Assembly (NCBI GenBank): GCA_001179505.1
Contig: CDMY01000117.1
Coordinates: forward strand, 1 to 64,000
Direction: 5' to 3'
DNA length: 64,000 nucleotides
DNA from: Vitrella brassicaformis CCMP3155
Taxonomy: Eukaryota > Protista > Chromerida
The stretch's first letter is position 1, and the number at the start of each line of letters is the position of its first letter. The notes under the pieces were generated by a model. That model worked only from the letters and a program-made list of their open reading frames with translations. It ran no database searches and was not told the origin of the DNA. The position numbers and the translations under genes are program-made. This document shows positions 34,975 through 47,186 of the stretch, in pieces.

Positions 34975-36144
34975 TTAGTAGAAGGGGTCGTCGTCGTACG
35001 GGGGAGGGGGAGCGGGGGGCACGCCACCGCCCGCTGCGCCAGGGCCACCCGGGGGGGCACCACCGCCACCGCCCATACCTGACAGACACGTATCAACACC
35101 CATACACACATCACAATTCATGCACACCATGATCATGATGTGTCTGTGTGGGTATCCTATCCTCGTCTCGTCTGTGTGTGTGTGTGTGGGTACCGAGCAG
35201 CCCTCCCAAAAAGTAGTTGGCGCCAAACATGTTGCCGTATCCGTAGCCGTCCAGAAACCCCTGCGCCAGTCCCACCGGTCCGTCCTGCTGCGGCGGGGGC
35301 GGGGGCGCCTGGTCGCGGTCAGCCACCTGCACCGAAAACGAACGCGCCGGCCTGCACACACACACACACGATGATGCAGCGTACGAAGATATTCCCTTGC
35401 TCTCGTCCGTTGTCACCGTTTCTTGGCCTTGGCTTTGCCCCGGCCCTTCCTGGGCGGTGGCTTGTACTGCGGGTTGGGCGACGCGCGGATGTTGTTGACC
35501 TTGACGCGACACACGGCTGATGAACCAACCAACCACACGCATACACGTGGATCCGTGCGTGTGTTGTGGTGTGGTGTGCTGTGTGTGTCGGGATGTGTGC
35601 GTACGGCATGAGTTCTCCTTGGCGTGAGTCCACTCCCGCACGCAGCTGTAGCAGAAGGTGTGCTCACAATGGAGGTGAGCCTGCACACACACACACACAC
35701 ATATCAGGACAGGGGAGAGCAACAACACGGCTTGCAATGGTGCGTACACCTGCCCTCCCTGTCTCTGTTAGAAGTGTCGCAGTGTCTCTCTGCCGATGTG
35801 TGTGTGACCAAGAGCCTCGCTGCCGTGCCCTTTTCCCCTCCTACCGTGTACTGGTTGGTCTCGCGATAGATGTCCTCTAGGCAGATGGAACACTCGAGCT
35901 GTGGCAGAGAAACCTCCTCCTCCTTGTCCACACCCTCCCCGCCCTCAGCTGCAGCTGCTGCACCCGCCGCCTTGCTGCGACCCTTCGCCTTGGCCTTGGC
36001 GCCTCCACGCTTCCTCGGCTTGGTTATCTCCTTCTTGGGCACATCATCGGCCGTTGCGGCAGCCGCAGCCGCCTCCCTGGCTTGCCTACGCTTCCCTGCC
36101 GCTGCCGCAGGGCCATCGCCGCGAGTGTTGTCACCCACAACCAT
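34975..36144 (-). CDS. C3HC4 RING-finger E3 ligase-like protein, multi-exon
   Basis: LECSICLEDIY ... LHCEHTFCYSCVREW ... SC|PVCR gives the C-x2-C...C-x-H-x2-C-x2-C...C-x2-C pattern after splicing. The N-terminus is K/A-rich and the C-terminus G/P-rich. Confidence 0.85.
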
Positions 36145-36475
36145 CAGCGACACAGCGGCAAGGGAAGGGGACGGGAGGGGTCGAAGGAGTGAACGGAACA
36201 ACTCTTTGCAGTGCACAATCACGCCCTGCGGCAAGGGGGAGAGCCGTGCAGGGCGGAGAATGCGATTTTCGACTGGGGAATGGGAAAGGGTTTAGATCGC
36301 ACAAACCCTGTAACCCTACGCAGGGGGACGAATCCTTCTTGGGGCACTAGAATTGCGATCGGTTTTCCTCTATTTCACTCTTACCCTTTGAGCTCCGCTC
36401 TGAGCTCCGCTCCGAGCACTGCTCATCCAACCCGTCGAGTTGTGGGGCCACCCCATTCGCTGCTGGGAAACCTCA

Positions 36476-39400
36476 ATGGAAGCGAAGGCTCCCCCAATGG
36501 ACGCGCTCGGCGTCAGCCTGAGGCCTTCGGCTATCTTTCCCGAGCGACAGGCCAGCGTCCATAGCAGCCGGATCAGCGCTTCCAGAGAGCCGACTCGGAG
36601 GGCGGCATCGGGAGCCTACAAGCTCATGACGGCCGCCGTGAGGTGAGGCAAAAGGCAGATCCATGTCGGTGTGGTCCTTGTGCGGCATTCACTGTTCTGT
36701 GTTTGTTTGTTTGTTTGTTTGTTTTGCATGCAGACGCTTCTCTGTCCTTCGGTCTTACACGCCTGCCGCCCTCAGCCCCGTCTACTCAAGAGCCAGAAGT
36801 TTTTTCTCGAGCCTTCGGCCTTCGTTCTTCTCGCCCGGCGCCACGGCTGAGAGAGAATCGGCGCGACAGACGCCCACAGACGGCACGCCTGGCCTGAGCA
36901 AGGGAGGGGTGGACCTGTTCCCGAGCTGGGAGAAGGAGAATGAGGGCGCCATTGATAGAGAGCAGGTCCAGTCCTTTCTCGCGGCAGCAAGAATTGCCCC
37001 CCTCGCGCCACCACCGCATCCACTTGGCAGGCGGCTGTTCATTCCTGGCAGTGCGAAAGCCGTGTCGCTCTCGCGCAACGGCAGATGGCTTGTCCTGGCA
37101 ATGATTGATGGCCACGTGTTCGTCTACGACGCTCTCGAGCGAGAGAAGCTATTCGAAGACAGGATCCATATCGATCAGCGGCGCAATAAGGGAGGCGGCC
37201 TTGCGATCTCGGATGACGGGAGTCGCGTGTGTGCGCTGGACGGCCAGGGGGGGCTCCACATGTGGGACGTCAAGACGAGCAAGAAGGTCGCGGGGGTGAA
37301 TGAAGGCGGTGGCTGGATGTCTCGCATTCTGTCGGACGTTCAGATGGACTCAAGAGGGAAGATCATCCTCACGGGTACATGACATTCAATAATTGCTCAT
37401 TGATCAAATGTATGTTTTGTCGGCTCCTCTTGCCCTCAGGAGGAGACGATCTGGCTGTATTTGCTTTCGCGGACGGGAACTTACTCCACCGACACGACTG
37501 CGGCTCTCCTGTGCGGTGTCTCGACCTTTGCGGGGAGAGCGAAAGAGTCATTTATCCGCGATCGGCCCTGTCTCCATCCTCGTCCACAACCCCCTCGCCA
37601 ATCTTGCAAGCGATAGCCGCGCCCAGCCCGGCGCCAAGTCCGTCGTTGTCCATCATTCGCATGGCCACGCAGGAACTCCGACGAGACCTGCGACCCGTGT
37701 CCTCGGTGCCATTCTCCGCTGTGTGTGGTGTGGATGATGGGAGCATCCGGCTTTTTGACCTGATTGACCTGAACGAGTACCGTGTCATCAGGGGGCACGC
37801 GGGGCCTATCAGGGCCATCGCGGCGTCGAAGAATGGTCGATTCATCGCCACTGTGGCGCAACGGACAGGCGTACTCAAGTAGGCTCAGGACCTTGTGTGG
37901 TCACTCCTTTTGATGTCGCCTTTTCTTTCAATTCTGTTGCAGGCTATGGCAAGGTGTGAGTGGATGTGAGGACAAGGCTTTGCAGCCCCACACAACAGAC
38001 AAGGAGCCAAACGACTCGCCAACCTTTTTCACCTCGGTGGCCATCAACGACGACGGCGAGACAGTTTATGCCGGGGACCGCACCGGTGGGGCTCACCTCT
38101 TCTCGACCGAGACAGGCAGCGAGGAAAGGGACCTCCGACTGCACGAGGGAGAGGTGAGAGCGGTTGCGATGAGTGGCGACGGCGGTATCCTTTGCACACT
38201 CGGCAGTGACGGTTGCATGTGTTCTGCTCGCATTCCGAGCGAGGAAGTGCAGCTACCTGGGCATACGAATAAAGTGCGGCACCTCGTCATAAGCGAGAAC
38301 GGCCAAGTGGTGGCATCTGTGAGTGATGACAATGACCTCAAGTGAGAGGGAGACGGGTTCTCTTCGTCAGCACACACTAGGGATGCCTATGCTTATACAC
38401 GTCAGGGTGTGGTGCGTCAATCCCTTAACGTCATCCGGCGGATCTGCTCACCCGCTGACGGCGCTGGACAATGCCGATGACGCCGTCGAGAGCTGGTGCC
38501 AGTTTCCGACTTCAATCACAGCCCTTGCAATGAGCGTAAAGGGGGACTTCCTCGCCCTTGGTGACACTGATGGCTACGTTTGTCTTCATTCGACGGCATC
38601 CCTTATGGCTGCTACCCAGAGCTCGCCCACGAGCAACAGCTGCAGCCCAACAGCCGACCGCATGACCTTCTCAGTCCACTCATCTTCGCCACACCAAGAC
38701 GACTCACCCCCAAGCCTCAACAGCAACTTTGCAGCCCGCACACCCCCAAGCGAGCAGCCTTCGGTGCCGCCGATGCCATCGCCTGGCAGCGAGATTTCGG
38801 GGGGGATGCGGAAGAGCCTGCGGTTCACCGTCACTTCCCCAGACGAGACCGACGGGGACAAAGACAAGAACAAAGAGACAGCACCGGCGCCAAGTCGTGG
38901 CAAAGGTGACGACGCACCGGCTTTAAGGCGAGCGCCGTCGTTGCGGTTGCCGCTTGGAGGCCGAGATGGGAAGAGAGAGAGCGAAGTGGATGCAGCAAAG
39001 CCGCCCCAGCCATTGGTCAAGTGGGAGGCACACGATGACTGTATTAGTGCTCTCGCCATGCAGGTACGCGTATTCACGCCAAGAGGGCGGTGAGGGAGGG
39101 CCATCGTCCCATTGCGTGTGTTGAATGCGCTGGTAGACGAACAAGCGGATCGTGAGCGGTTCGCCGGATGACACCTCCGCTGTGTTTGTGTGGGACGGCC
39201 TGAGTGGCGAGGTGGTGGCACGCTGCGAGGGCGAGATGGGCCAGGTCAACGGTGTGGCTATCAACATGGAGGCGATGATTGTCTTAGCCGTTGGCGACCA
39301 AGGAGACCTCAGAATCTGGGCAGCGGAGACCGGCGAGCCTTTGTGTGTGATCCTCTCTGCACATGTCGGTGAGGCCAATTGCCTGTGTCTTTCCCGCGAC

Positions 39401-42400
39401 GCCCTCACCGTCGCAACAGGAGGGGACGATGCCCTCATCCGTCTGTGGAGGGTCGAGCATCAGCCACAAACACCCAAGGGTGCCAAGTCACCGAGACACC
39501 ACGAACATCCCCCTTCTATCGACCTGACGACACGCGAGAGGCGGTCCTCGATCATGCTTCCGCCAGTCGGAGGAGGGGGACGGCGTCGATCGTCCGTCGC
39601 CGTCCCTCCCCCCGTCCAGCGGCCGCATCGACTATCCAAGACCCGCAGCCCAAAAAGCGGGGGTCAGAGGAGCCCTAAGTCGGCAAGCAGGCGGATGCAG
39701 CAGGCGTCCACTCACACTCTGTTCACGCCGACATCCAAGGGGGACAGGCGGCCGTCCCTTGGGTCCAGGGGCTCGAAAGACCGGCGCCAGTCGATTGGAG
39801 TGGCAATGCGTGAGAGACGGCACACACGAGGACGACCTGTCGTGGCTGATGTGTCCTTACCTTTTGACGTGTCTGCAGTGGCTGGAACGGTCATTGATAA
39901 GCCTCGGCCCTTCCGTGTGCTCCGCGGGCACGTTGGTCCTATCGCCTGCATCTCCTGCGACGACACATGCCACCTGCTGGCGTCGGTGGCCCACGAGGAC
40001 GACGGCATGGTATTCATGATGCGAATTCCATCCCATCGCCTCCGAGTCTCCTATTTCTTTTGTGTCGTGTCTTATGGACAAGGTCTTCCTGTGGGAGTCT
40101 ACACAAGAGACACCCATACAGGTCGTTGATAGGCACTACCAGTCAAGCACGCTGCAAGTGGCCCTGACCAGTGGGCGTCTCGTGGCGACTGCCGACAGAC
40201 GAGGCCGCCTGCTCCTGTGGAGGGTCAGCTCCAGACATTGTTCATTGATTTGCACTGGTGGACTCACTGATTTGCCTGTGCAGGTGAATGACAGCCTTCT
40301 GTTCCACTGGCAGACCATCATCATCAGATTAGAACAGCTCTGGTCCAAGGCCATACAGACGAGATATGACGTGCAGTTTCACATGGACTCCCACCTGAAC
40401 TTGCGTGCCGTTGAGGGCATTCGCAGTGCGGAGGCGATGCTGGCATTGGAACGAGATAACATCATCTCGATGCTCCGCGCGAACAAGTCCCTGGCCTGTC
40501 AACGCCTGTGGCCCGTCAACCACTCCCTGGTCACTTACCTCGTCCAGATGGGCAATCTCCCGGGCCTACAACTGTTGTTCGAAGCCGTTGGAGCGACACC
40601 GACTGGCTTTCTGCCGACGGTCATGAAAGAGACGGCCTTGGACATCGCTTTGAGGCTCCGACAGTACGAGGCGCTTGACGTGATGCTCAACGCTGCCAGG
40701 CAGTGGCGCACCAATACCATGAGTGAACGTGTCTCCGCCGCGATTGGTACGATCGATGCGCAAGGTCTGCTCACCCTTCTCTTCTTTCTATGATGCAGTG
40801 CGTCTGCTGCCCGTGGAGCTGAAGCATCTGCCTGCATTTCTCGATTCTCGTCTGCGGTCGCCGTCTCGGGTTGCTGGCGAGAATCCGCCTCAGGTGACAG
40901 ACAGAGTGTAATATGCAAAGGAGACATGCAAGCGGAATTTCTTTCAATTGTTCTTGACGCCTCAGGTGACAGTGCTCCCCGGCAGCGCCCTGAAGAGCAT
41001 CCACGCACACCACCGGGCCAGCAAGTCGCTGCGTGTCGATGGGGCTGACGCCCCAGGCATGACGCCTGAGGAGTACTCAGCTCATCTCGCTCCGCAGTTC
41101 AGTGATGTGGACCGCAGGCGGCCGCCAAGGCAGCCTCTCCACAAGGAGCCCTCCACGTTTCCTCCGAGCCAGAGTCGCTTTTTGGGCCGCATCAGTCTTG
41201 TGATGGCGCAACGTGCGGCTGAAGATGAGGAGGAAGAGGACGACTCTCCGTCCCACAGGGGAAGCTGGAGGGCCAAAGCCGACACGGGATATCAACACAT
41301 TGACATAAGACATTTCGGTGAGAGATACATGCGAACCGTCGTCGATAGGTGCGCCAGTGATGGGTGTCGTTTCGCTGGATTACTGCAGATCTTCCAAACA
41401 TCATGAACCCAACGGTGAGCGGTGGCTTCCTGCGGCATCTGAACCAAGCTAGTACACAGGACCTCTTCCGCACCCTCACTGTACGCGCCATCCTCTCATT
41501 CAAGTGGCAGGTGCGCTTCCCTCGCTTCTGCACAGATCGTCCGCGCAAAACCTACGTGTCTCCGCGTGCTGAACTGCAGAAATACGGCGGCCCTATGTAT
41601 CGCCGGCGGCTGCTGCTGCAGCTGCTCTTTTTGTTGGTGTTCTTCATCCACTCATGCGTCATCGTCAAATATATGGGAGACGACTGGCGAGAGACAGTCA
41701 GGGTATGACGGCAAAGCACAGCGCAGCACAGCCACATTGTATCTCGTCTGTTTGCTCTGTGTGTCGCACATTAGAGTTGGAATCCGATGTGGGGGTGGAT
41801 CACCGCCGCCGCGCGACTGCTGCTCATCATTTTGTCGCTCTTCCTCGGACTCAAGATACTTTTGCTCGTCAGAAAACGGGTGAGTGAGCGAGAGCCATAA
41901 AGTGATGACAACATGACGACATTCGTATCGTTTCCTGTGTTGGGCCGACAGCACTTTAGGGCGTTCTTTTCCGTGTGGACTTGGTTGGACATATCTGCCT
42001 GTGTCTTTGTCATGGCCTTCATTATATGTGAATACCTCGATTGCGACAGGAGGTGGGCGATGTAGTTAATGGCACATCATTCGGTCCGTCTCTCATTTCC
42101 CTCGTGGCTCTGCAGCGTCGAAGCCATGCTGTCGTCTATCACGGCGGTGCTCCTGTGGTCGAAGATGATATATTTTTGCAGGGGATTTGAGGGCACTGGT
42201 CACCAGATCAGAATGATACAGGTAACTGAATCATGGTATAGGGCTGACGGACAGGACAGTCAAGTGCATGGATGTGTCACGTGTCGTGCAGGAAGTCGTT
42301 TACGACATGAGACATTTCATAGCAGTGATGCTTATCATGATTGTGGGCTTTGGTCACGCTTTTCATGTTCTTTATTTACACCCAGGTGCCGCTTACAAGA

Positions 42401-43853
42401 GACACATTTACGCGCACTGTATAAAGATGACTTCACTTTTTTTGCAGGCTACTCGCGTCCCTCCCAGTGGGTTGAGGCCACGGCCGTCTCGTCAACGCTC
42501 ATTTTTCTGACCAGTATTGGCGAGTTCTACGAAGACGTTGTTTCCCCGGAGATTCAGGTACGACAGGACACACACTGCAACGGCCGCTTGAGTTTTGTGT
42601 CTCCATAACTGCTCACAGGATCCGTCCCCGCACTTCTTGAGAGGCTTCCTCATCTGCGTTCTGTTCGTGCTGGCGACCTTCTTTGTGACGATCGTCATGT
42701 TCAACCTGCTCATTTCCATCATGGGTGACACCCACGACAGAGTCAAGCTGCAGGAGATCGTGGCGCAGAACCGAGAGAGGGCCGAACTGCTGCTGGAATA
42801 CGAACAACAAGTGGTACTCCAAACAGAGAAGGAGAGAGACTCCCACGTGACCCATTGATGCATCTGTGTACAGCCGCGTGGAGCATCTTCTCTGTTCCCA
42901 CGTTATCTGTTTGTCGGCCTGGTTGGCAGCAGGGGGCTGCATGAGCTGGACGAGCAAGACGAATGGGAAGGTGAGCCGCCAGTCGAGGCGAGAATGAACA
43001 GCGTGATAGGCTATGTCCGGCGGCGGTTGGTGTGTTTCTACAGGTCGGCTTTCTCAGATGAAGAAGGCCGTTCGGGCTGAGCTCGCCGAGCATCAGCAGA
43101 ACGTCGACAAGAGACTTGAAGTGGTCAGCAAGCCTAAGCCGAGAGAAGGAGATGTCTTGATTGAAAGATATGTGCATGTCGTTTTGTGCAGTTGCGTATG
43201 AGCAACCGTGATGCGGTTCGCCGGTCGATCCAAGAGGCACTAGCTGAGGACATGGCAAGTCGGCTCGAGGTAAGCCCACATGAGACACAGACTAATCAAA
43301 AGAGACCAAAGAGACATGAAGAGATTCGTGTTTGCAGCCGGTGCAGCAGACGGTGCTGGCTCTCCAAGTGCAGCAGGAGGACATCCAGGCCTCTTTGGGC
43401 CAAATGACTGACGCGTACAACCAAATACACAGCCACCTGTCGATCATCACCCACGGCCTGAACCAGCTCGGCCTCTCCTTGCCACCGCCGCCCACACAAG
43501 TCGACAGCGACCACACTCTCAGCGACGAAGACACACTGGGATCTGATGACCACGTGCGGCCCGCCAGCGTGTTCTCGCCCACGTCTGCCGAGGGCGTCCC
43601 GCGTATTCTCGTCACCCAGTTCGGCACCACCCGCTTCGGCACGCAACAGACACCTGATGGAACTGGTGGCAACAGGGGCCCGGACACCGAGGAGACGACG
43701 CGAAGATGGCGGATATTCGACGTCTTCAGGACATCACAGCAACACGAGCAGTCGCCCAAACACAGTGCAGAGCCTGCAGACAGCCGCAGGCCGTCGAGAT
43801 CGCTTCACTACGAGCCCGCGGGTATGATGCGTAGGAGCCTGACTGAGAAGTGA
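36476..43853 (+). CDS. WD40-repeat, ankyrin-like and six-TM TRP-type cation channel with a C-terminal coiled coil
   Basis: About 14 WD40 repeats (37040-40230; for example RGHAGPIRAIA, AHVGEANCLCLSRDALTVATGGDDALIRLWR). An ankyrin-like ETALDIALRLRQYEALDVML follows. Then pre-S1 LFRTLTVRAILSFKWQKYG, S3 FSVWTWLDI, S4-S5 LLWSKMIYFCRGFEGTGHQIRMIQEVVYDMRHF, pore TSIGEF, and S6/TRP-box FNLLISIMGDTHDRV...RAELLLEYE. All exons have GT-AG ends. Confidence 0.85.
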
Positions 43854-43949
43854 TTGAGTGATAGCATTGTATCAGTCAGTCCGTAGGGGAGATGGCGATC
43901 TGTGTCCGTGTGCAGTGGGAGTTATTAGTTAGGTCGTGTGTGTGTTTAA

Positions 43950-44572
43950 TTAGCAGCTGTATGTAGCAGCTGTGTGACTGGCGATCGATTACGACCGACG
44001 TACAGTGTGTGTATGGCTTCACTTGATATGCCCTGAACCAAGTGTCTTTCCACCTGTCTAGTACATTGAGTCTCATTCGAGGCCTCGAAGCCATGCTAAG
44101 ACACCATGTGCAGTGCATCCACACACATGAAGCTAAAACACAGAAATACACGATTGTGGCCGCGGGGGCACGAAGCGAATCTGAAGCGAGAGCGAAGAGT
44201 CAGTGCAGGGAAGGCACTCAAATGCGTGTGACACTGTGTCCCTTACCAGACGAATGACGATGGGTTCAGCCTCCACTGCACAACGCAGGCTACGATCGCC
44301 AGACGGATCTTTTCGGTCTCCTTGAGGAAGCGCGGGATCTTCAGCAATATTTCTCGTCTGCATGGAGGAACACACGGCACAACAACAGTTCGTCTGAACG
44401 GACAGCTGCATCGTGATGACGAGCAGCGATGCGGCGGCATCAGGCTGCACGTGGAGGAGATCTCCTCACCTTCGCTATGAGCCGCTGTTGAATATGATCC
44501 GCTGCACTCCGATGGACCACTCTGTAACATAGCTCACGGGCGTGGCCACAAACACACACACCTCAGCATCAT
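43950..44572 (-). CDS. Candidate small multi-exon gene of unknown function, divergent from the phosphorylase
   Basis: ATG ATG CTG AG|gt at 44572 and GT-AG-bounded segments. One strongly C/G-ending frame reads REILLKIPRFLKETEKIRLAIVACVVQWRLNPSSFVW (about 44250-44360). Exon phases could not be fully reconciled. Confidence 0.3.
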
Positions 44573-44824
44573 GGAGGAGATGGGTTTCAGGAGCAGGGTT
44601 CGGGTTGGCGCGTCCAGGGTTCGCGACCACAAGACCCACAGTCCCTTCGGTGAGCGGAATTAAGCACTTCACACAGGCATCAACTCATCCCTTGTTGTCT
44701 GGCTGCTTCTGTCTCTCAGCCCCCACCCTCTACCACCTATATATCCCTTGCTTGGTCCCGTTAATATTTGTTTGTCTGTGAATGAAGCCCTCTGAGGAGT
44801 GAGTGTGTTGTCTGCCTGCCGACA

Positions 44825-46388
44825 ATGCCCAAGGAGGAGTACGTGACCAACCCCAACTCGGTGCTCTTCAAGCCCGATGGACGCGTCTACCACCTCGAGC
44901 TCAAAGAGGTCAGTCAGCTGCACGGCGAGGGAGGGGGCAGGGTGAGATGGATGCATGGCTTAGGGCTTGTGGATTGTGTGTGTCTGTCATGGTGCATGTA
45001 GGGCGATGTGGCGAAGCGTCTGATCACCGTGGGCAGCCCCAACCGCGCCGACCTGATCTCCCAGCTGCTCGACAAGGACTCTGTCAAGAGCTTCGTGTCG
45101 TCCCGCCAATTCACCACATTCACTGGTAGCCAGCCCGTACACGCATCCATCTATCCATCCATCCATCCATCCATCCATCCATCGAGCGGGCCGGTGTGTT
45201 GTGTCCTGTGGTGCGGTGATGCAGGCACCTTCAAGGGCACGCCTGTCACCATTGTGAGCATCGGTTCGCCGTGCAGGCAGACGGGCAGCCACAGTGTCAC
45301 CAGCGCACCTCTGGGTCTCTGTGTGTGCAGGTATGGGTTCCATCATGATGGACTTCATGGTTCGTGAGTACCTCGCCATCACAAACGGGCCGCTCGCCAT
45401 CATCCGGTCGGTCGACGCGCATCACATCGATCGCACTACAAGGAGAACAGATGATGTCTCATCCATCTCATCTACCACTGTGTGTGGATGGGTATGTGTG
45501 TGTGGGTATGTCTGTTCATTCAGCATCGGGACGTGTGGTTCGTTCAACAAGGACATCCCGCCCGGCAATGTCATCACTGCCAAGGAGGGCTCCATCTACA
45601 TCTACCGCAACTATATGCACTGGGACGGCACATACAACAACGTAACACACCCACTGCCCCCCTCCCCTCCCCCCCAGCACATCCACACGGACCCCCAATG
45701 TGTGTGTGTGTCTGTCAGGTGGACGATGCTACGGCCAAGACGCTCTGTGCGGAGCCGTACTTCTTCACCAAGCCCGGCAAGGGCAGCGACCAGCTGCAGG
45801 ACCTCATGGCCAGCCACTTCAAGTCGACGAACGTGCCCGTCTCCGAGGGCCTCAACGCCTGTGGCGAGACATTCTTCGCCTGTCAGAGACGCGAGGACCC
45901 CTCATACGATGTACGTCTGGGTGTGTCGATCGACGCACCGACACACAGACACAGGCAGGGCAGACAGACAGACGGCAAGGGAGGGACACACCTCTTGTTT
46001 CTTGTGTTTGGGTGCAGGACGAGAATAAGGGAGTGATCCCCAACCTCACGAACCTCGCTGGCACCGGCAAAAGCATCGACTTCTGTGAAATGGAGGTCAG
46101 TCACTCCGGCACCCCCCGCACCCAATACTCACAGCCCCCCTGCACATGGGTGCGTCTGTCTGTCTGTCTGTGTGGTGGGTTCATTCACTCGTTCAGACTC
46201 ACGAGTTGTTCCACCTTGCCAAGCTGAGCAAGACGCCCATTGCCGCCGGTGCGTGCGCCATCGCGCTCGTCAACCGGCACACGTCGGGCGTCGTCGGCCC
46301 CGACCAGCTGCACCAGCGAGAGGAGGAGTGCGGCAAGGCCTGCCTTAGCGCACTCGTCGATCTTGACGTCAGCAACCTGAAGAAATGA
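44825..46388 (+). CDS. Nucleoside phosphorylase of the PNP/UDP_1 family, most like uridine phosphorylase
   Basis: DGRVYHLELKEGDVAKRLITVGSPNRA, RQFTTFTGTFKGTPVTIVSIGMG, IIR|IGTCG, ETFFACQRR and DFCEME|THELFHLA are canonical NP-I family motifs. Confidence 0.88.
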
Positions 46389-47186
46389 ACCGCTGGCAGT
46401 GATTGCAATGGAACACATAGATGAATGGATGGGCAGCAAGAGATACAGAGAGGGAGGGAGGGAGGGAGGGAAGGTCATAGTACAGCATACACACAGAGAG
46501 AATGAGTGCATCCATCGTACAAACCATGCAGTGGCATACATCGCACCCACACGTTCTCACATACACATACGTACATGTGTAGATAGCTAGGCCATGACGG
46601 ACTGATCGCTTCACGGCTGTCTGTCTCTCTGCCCGCCTCTTTGCCTGCCTGCCTGTCCTTGATGTAGTAGAGCTGCCGCCACCATTCATTCATTCATTCA
46701 TTGATTTCTCGTGTCCTCCTCCTCTGTGTCCGTCCGTCCATGTCTGTGTGTCTGGATGACACTATCTATTGTACGTCGCGATTTTTCTGATCTGATCTGA
46801 TCGGATCGGTCGGTTCCCTTTTTCCCGCCCGTTGTTTGTTTCTTTCCGCCACACACACAGTGGGCTGGCTGGGCATTCATTATGATAGGGCTGTGGACAC
46901 ATCACAGGCATGATAAGGCTGCTGGAGAAAAGGGAGGAGAAAAGGGAGTGAGAGACTATTCTATTAGGTGCTGACGATAATCAAGCAAGCTCGGCACTAC
47001 ACTGACGCCCATATCCGCCATATCCTCCCCAGTTCACTAGTCCTTCCCATCACACAGACGTCACGTCAGCTCGCCCCATCCACCCACACAATGCACTTTT
47101 TTTACACACACCCAACAGAGAGAGACGGATAAGGGAAGGGACAGCCAAAAGTGGGAAGCACCTACCCTCACCCACCTTCGTAGCAA

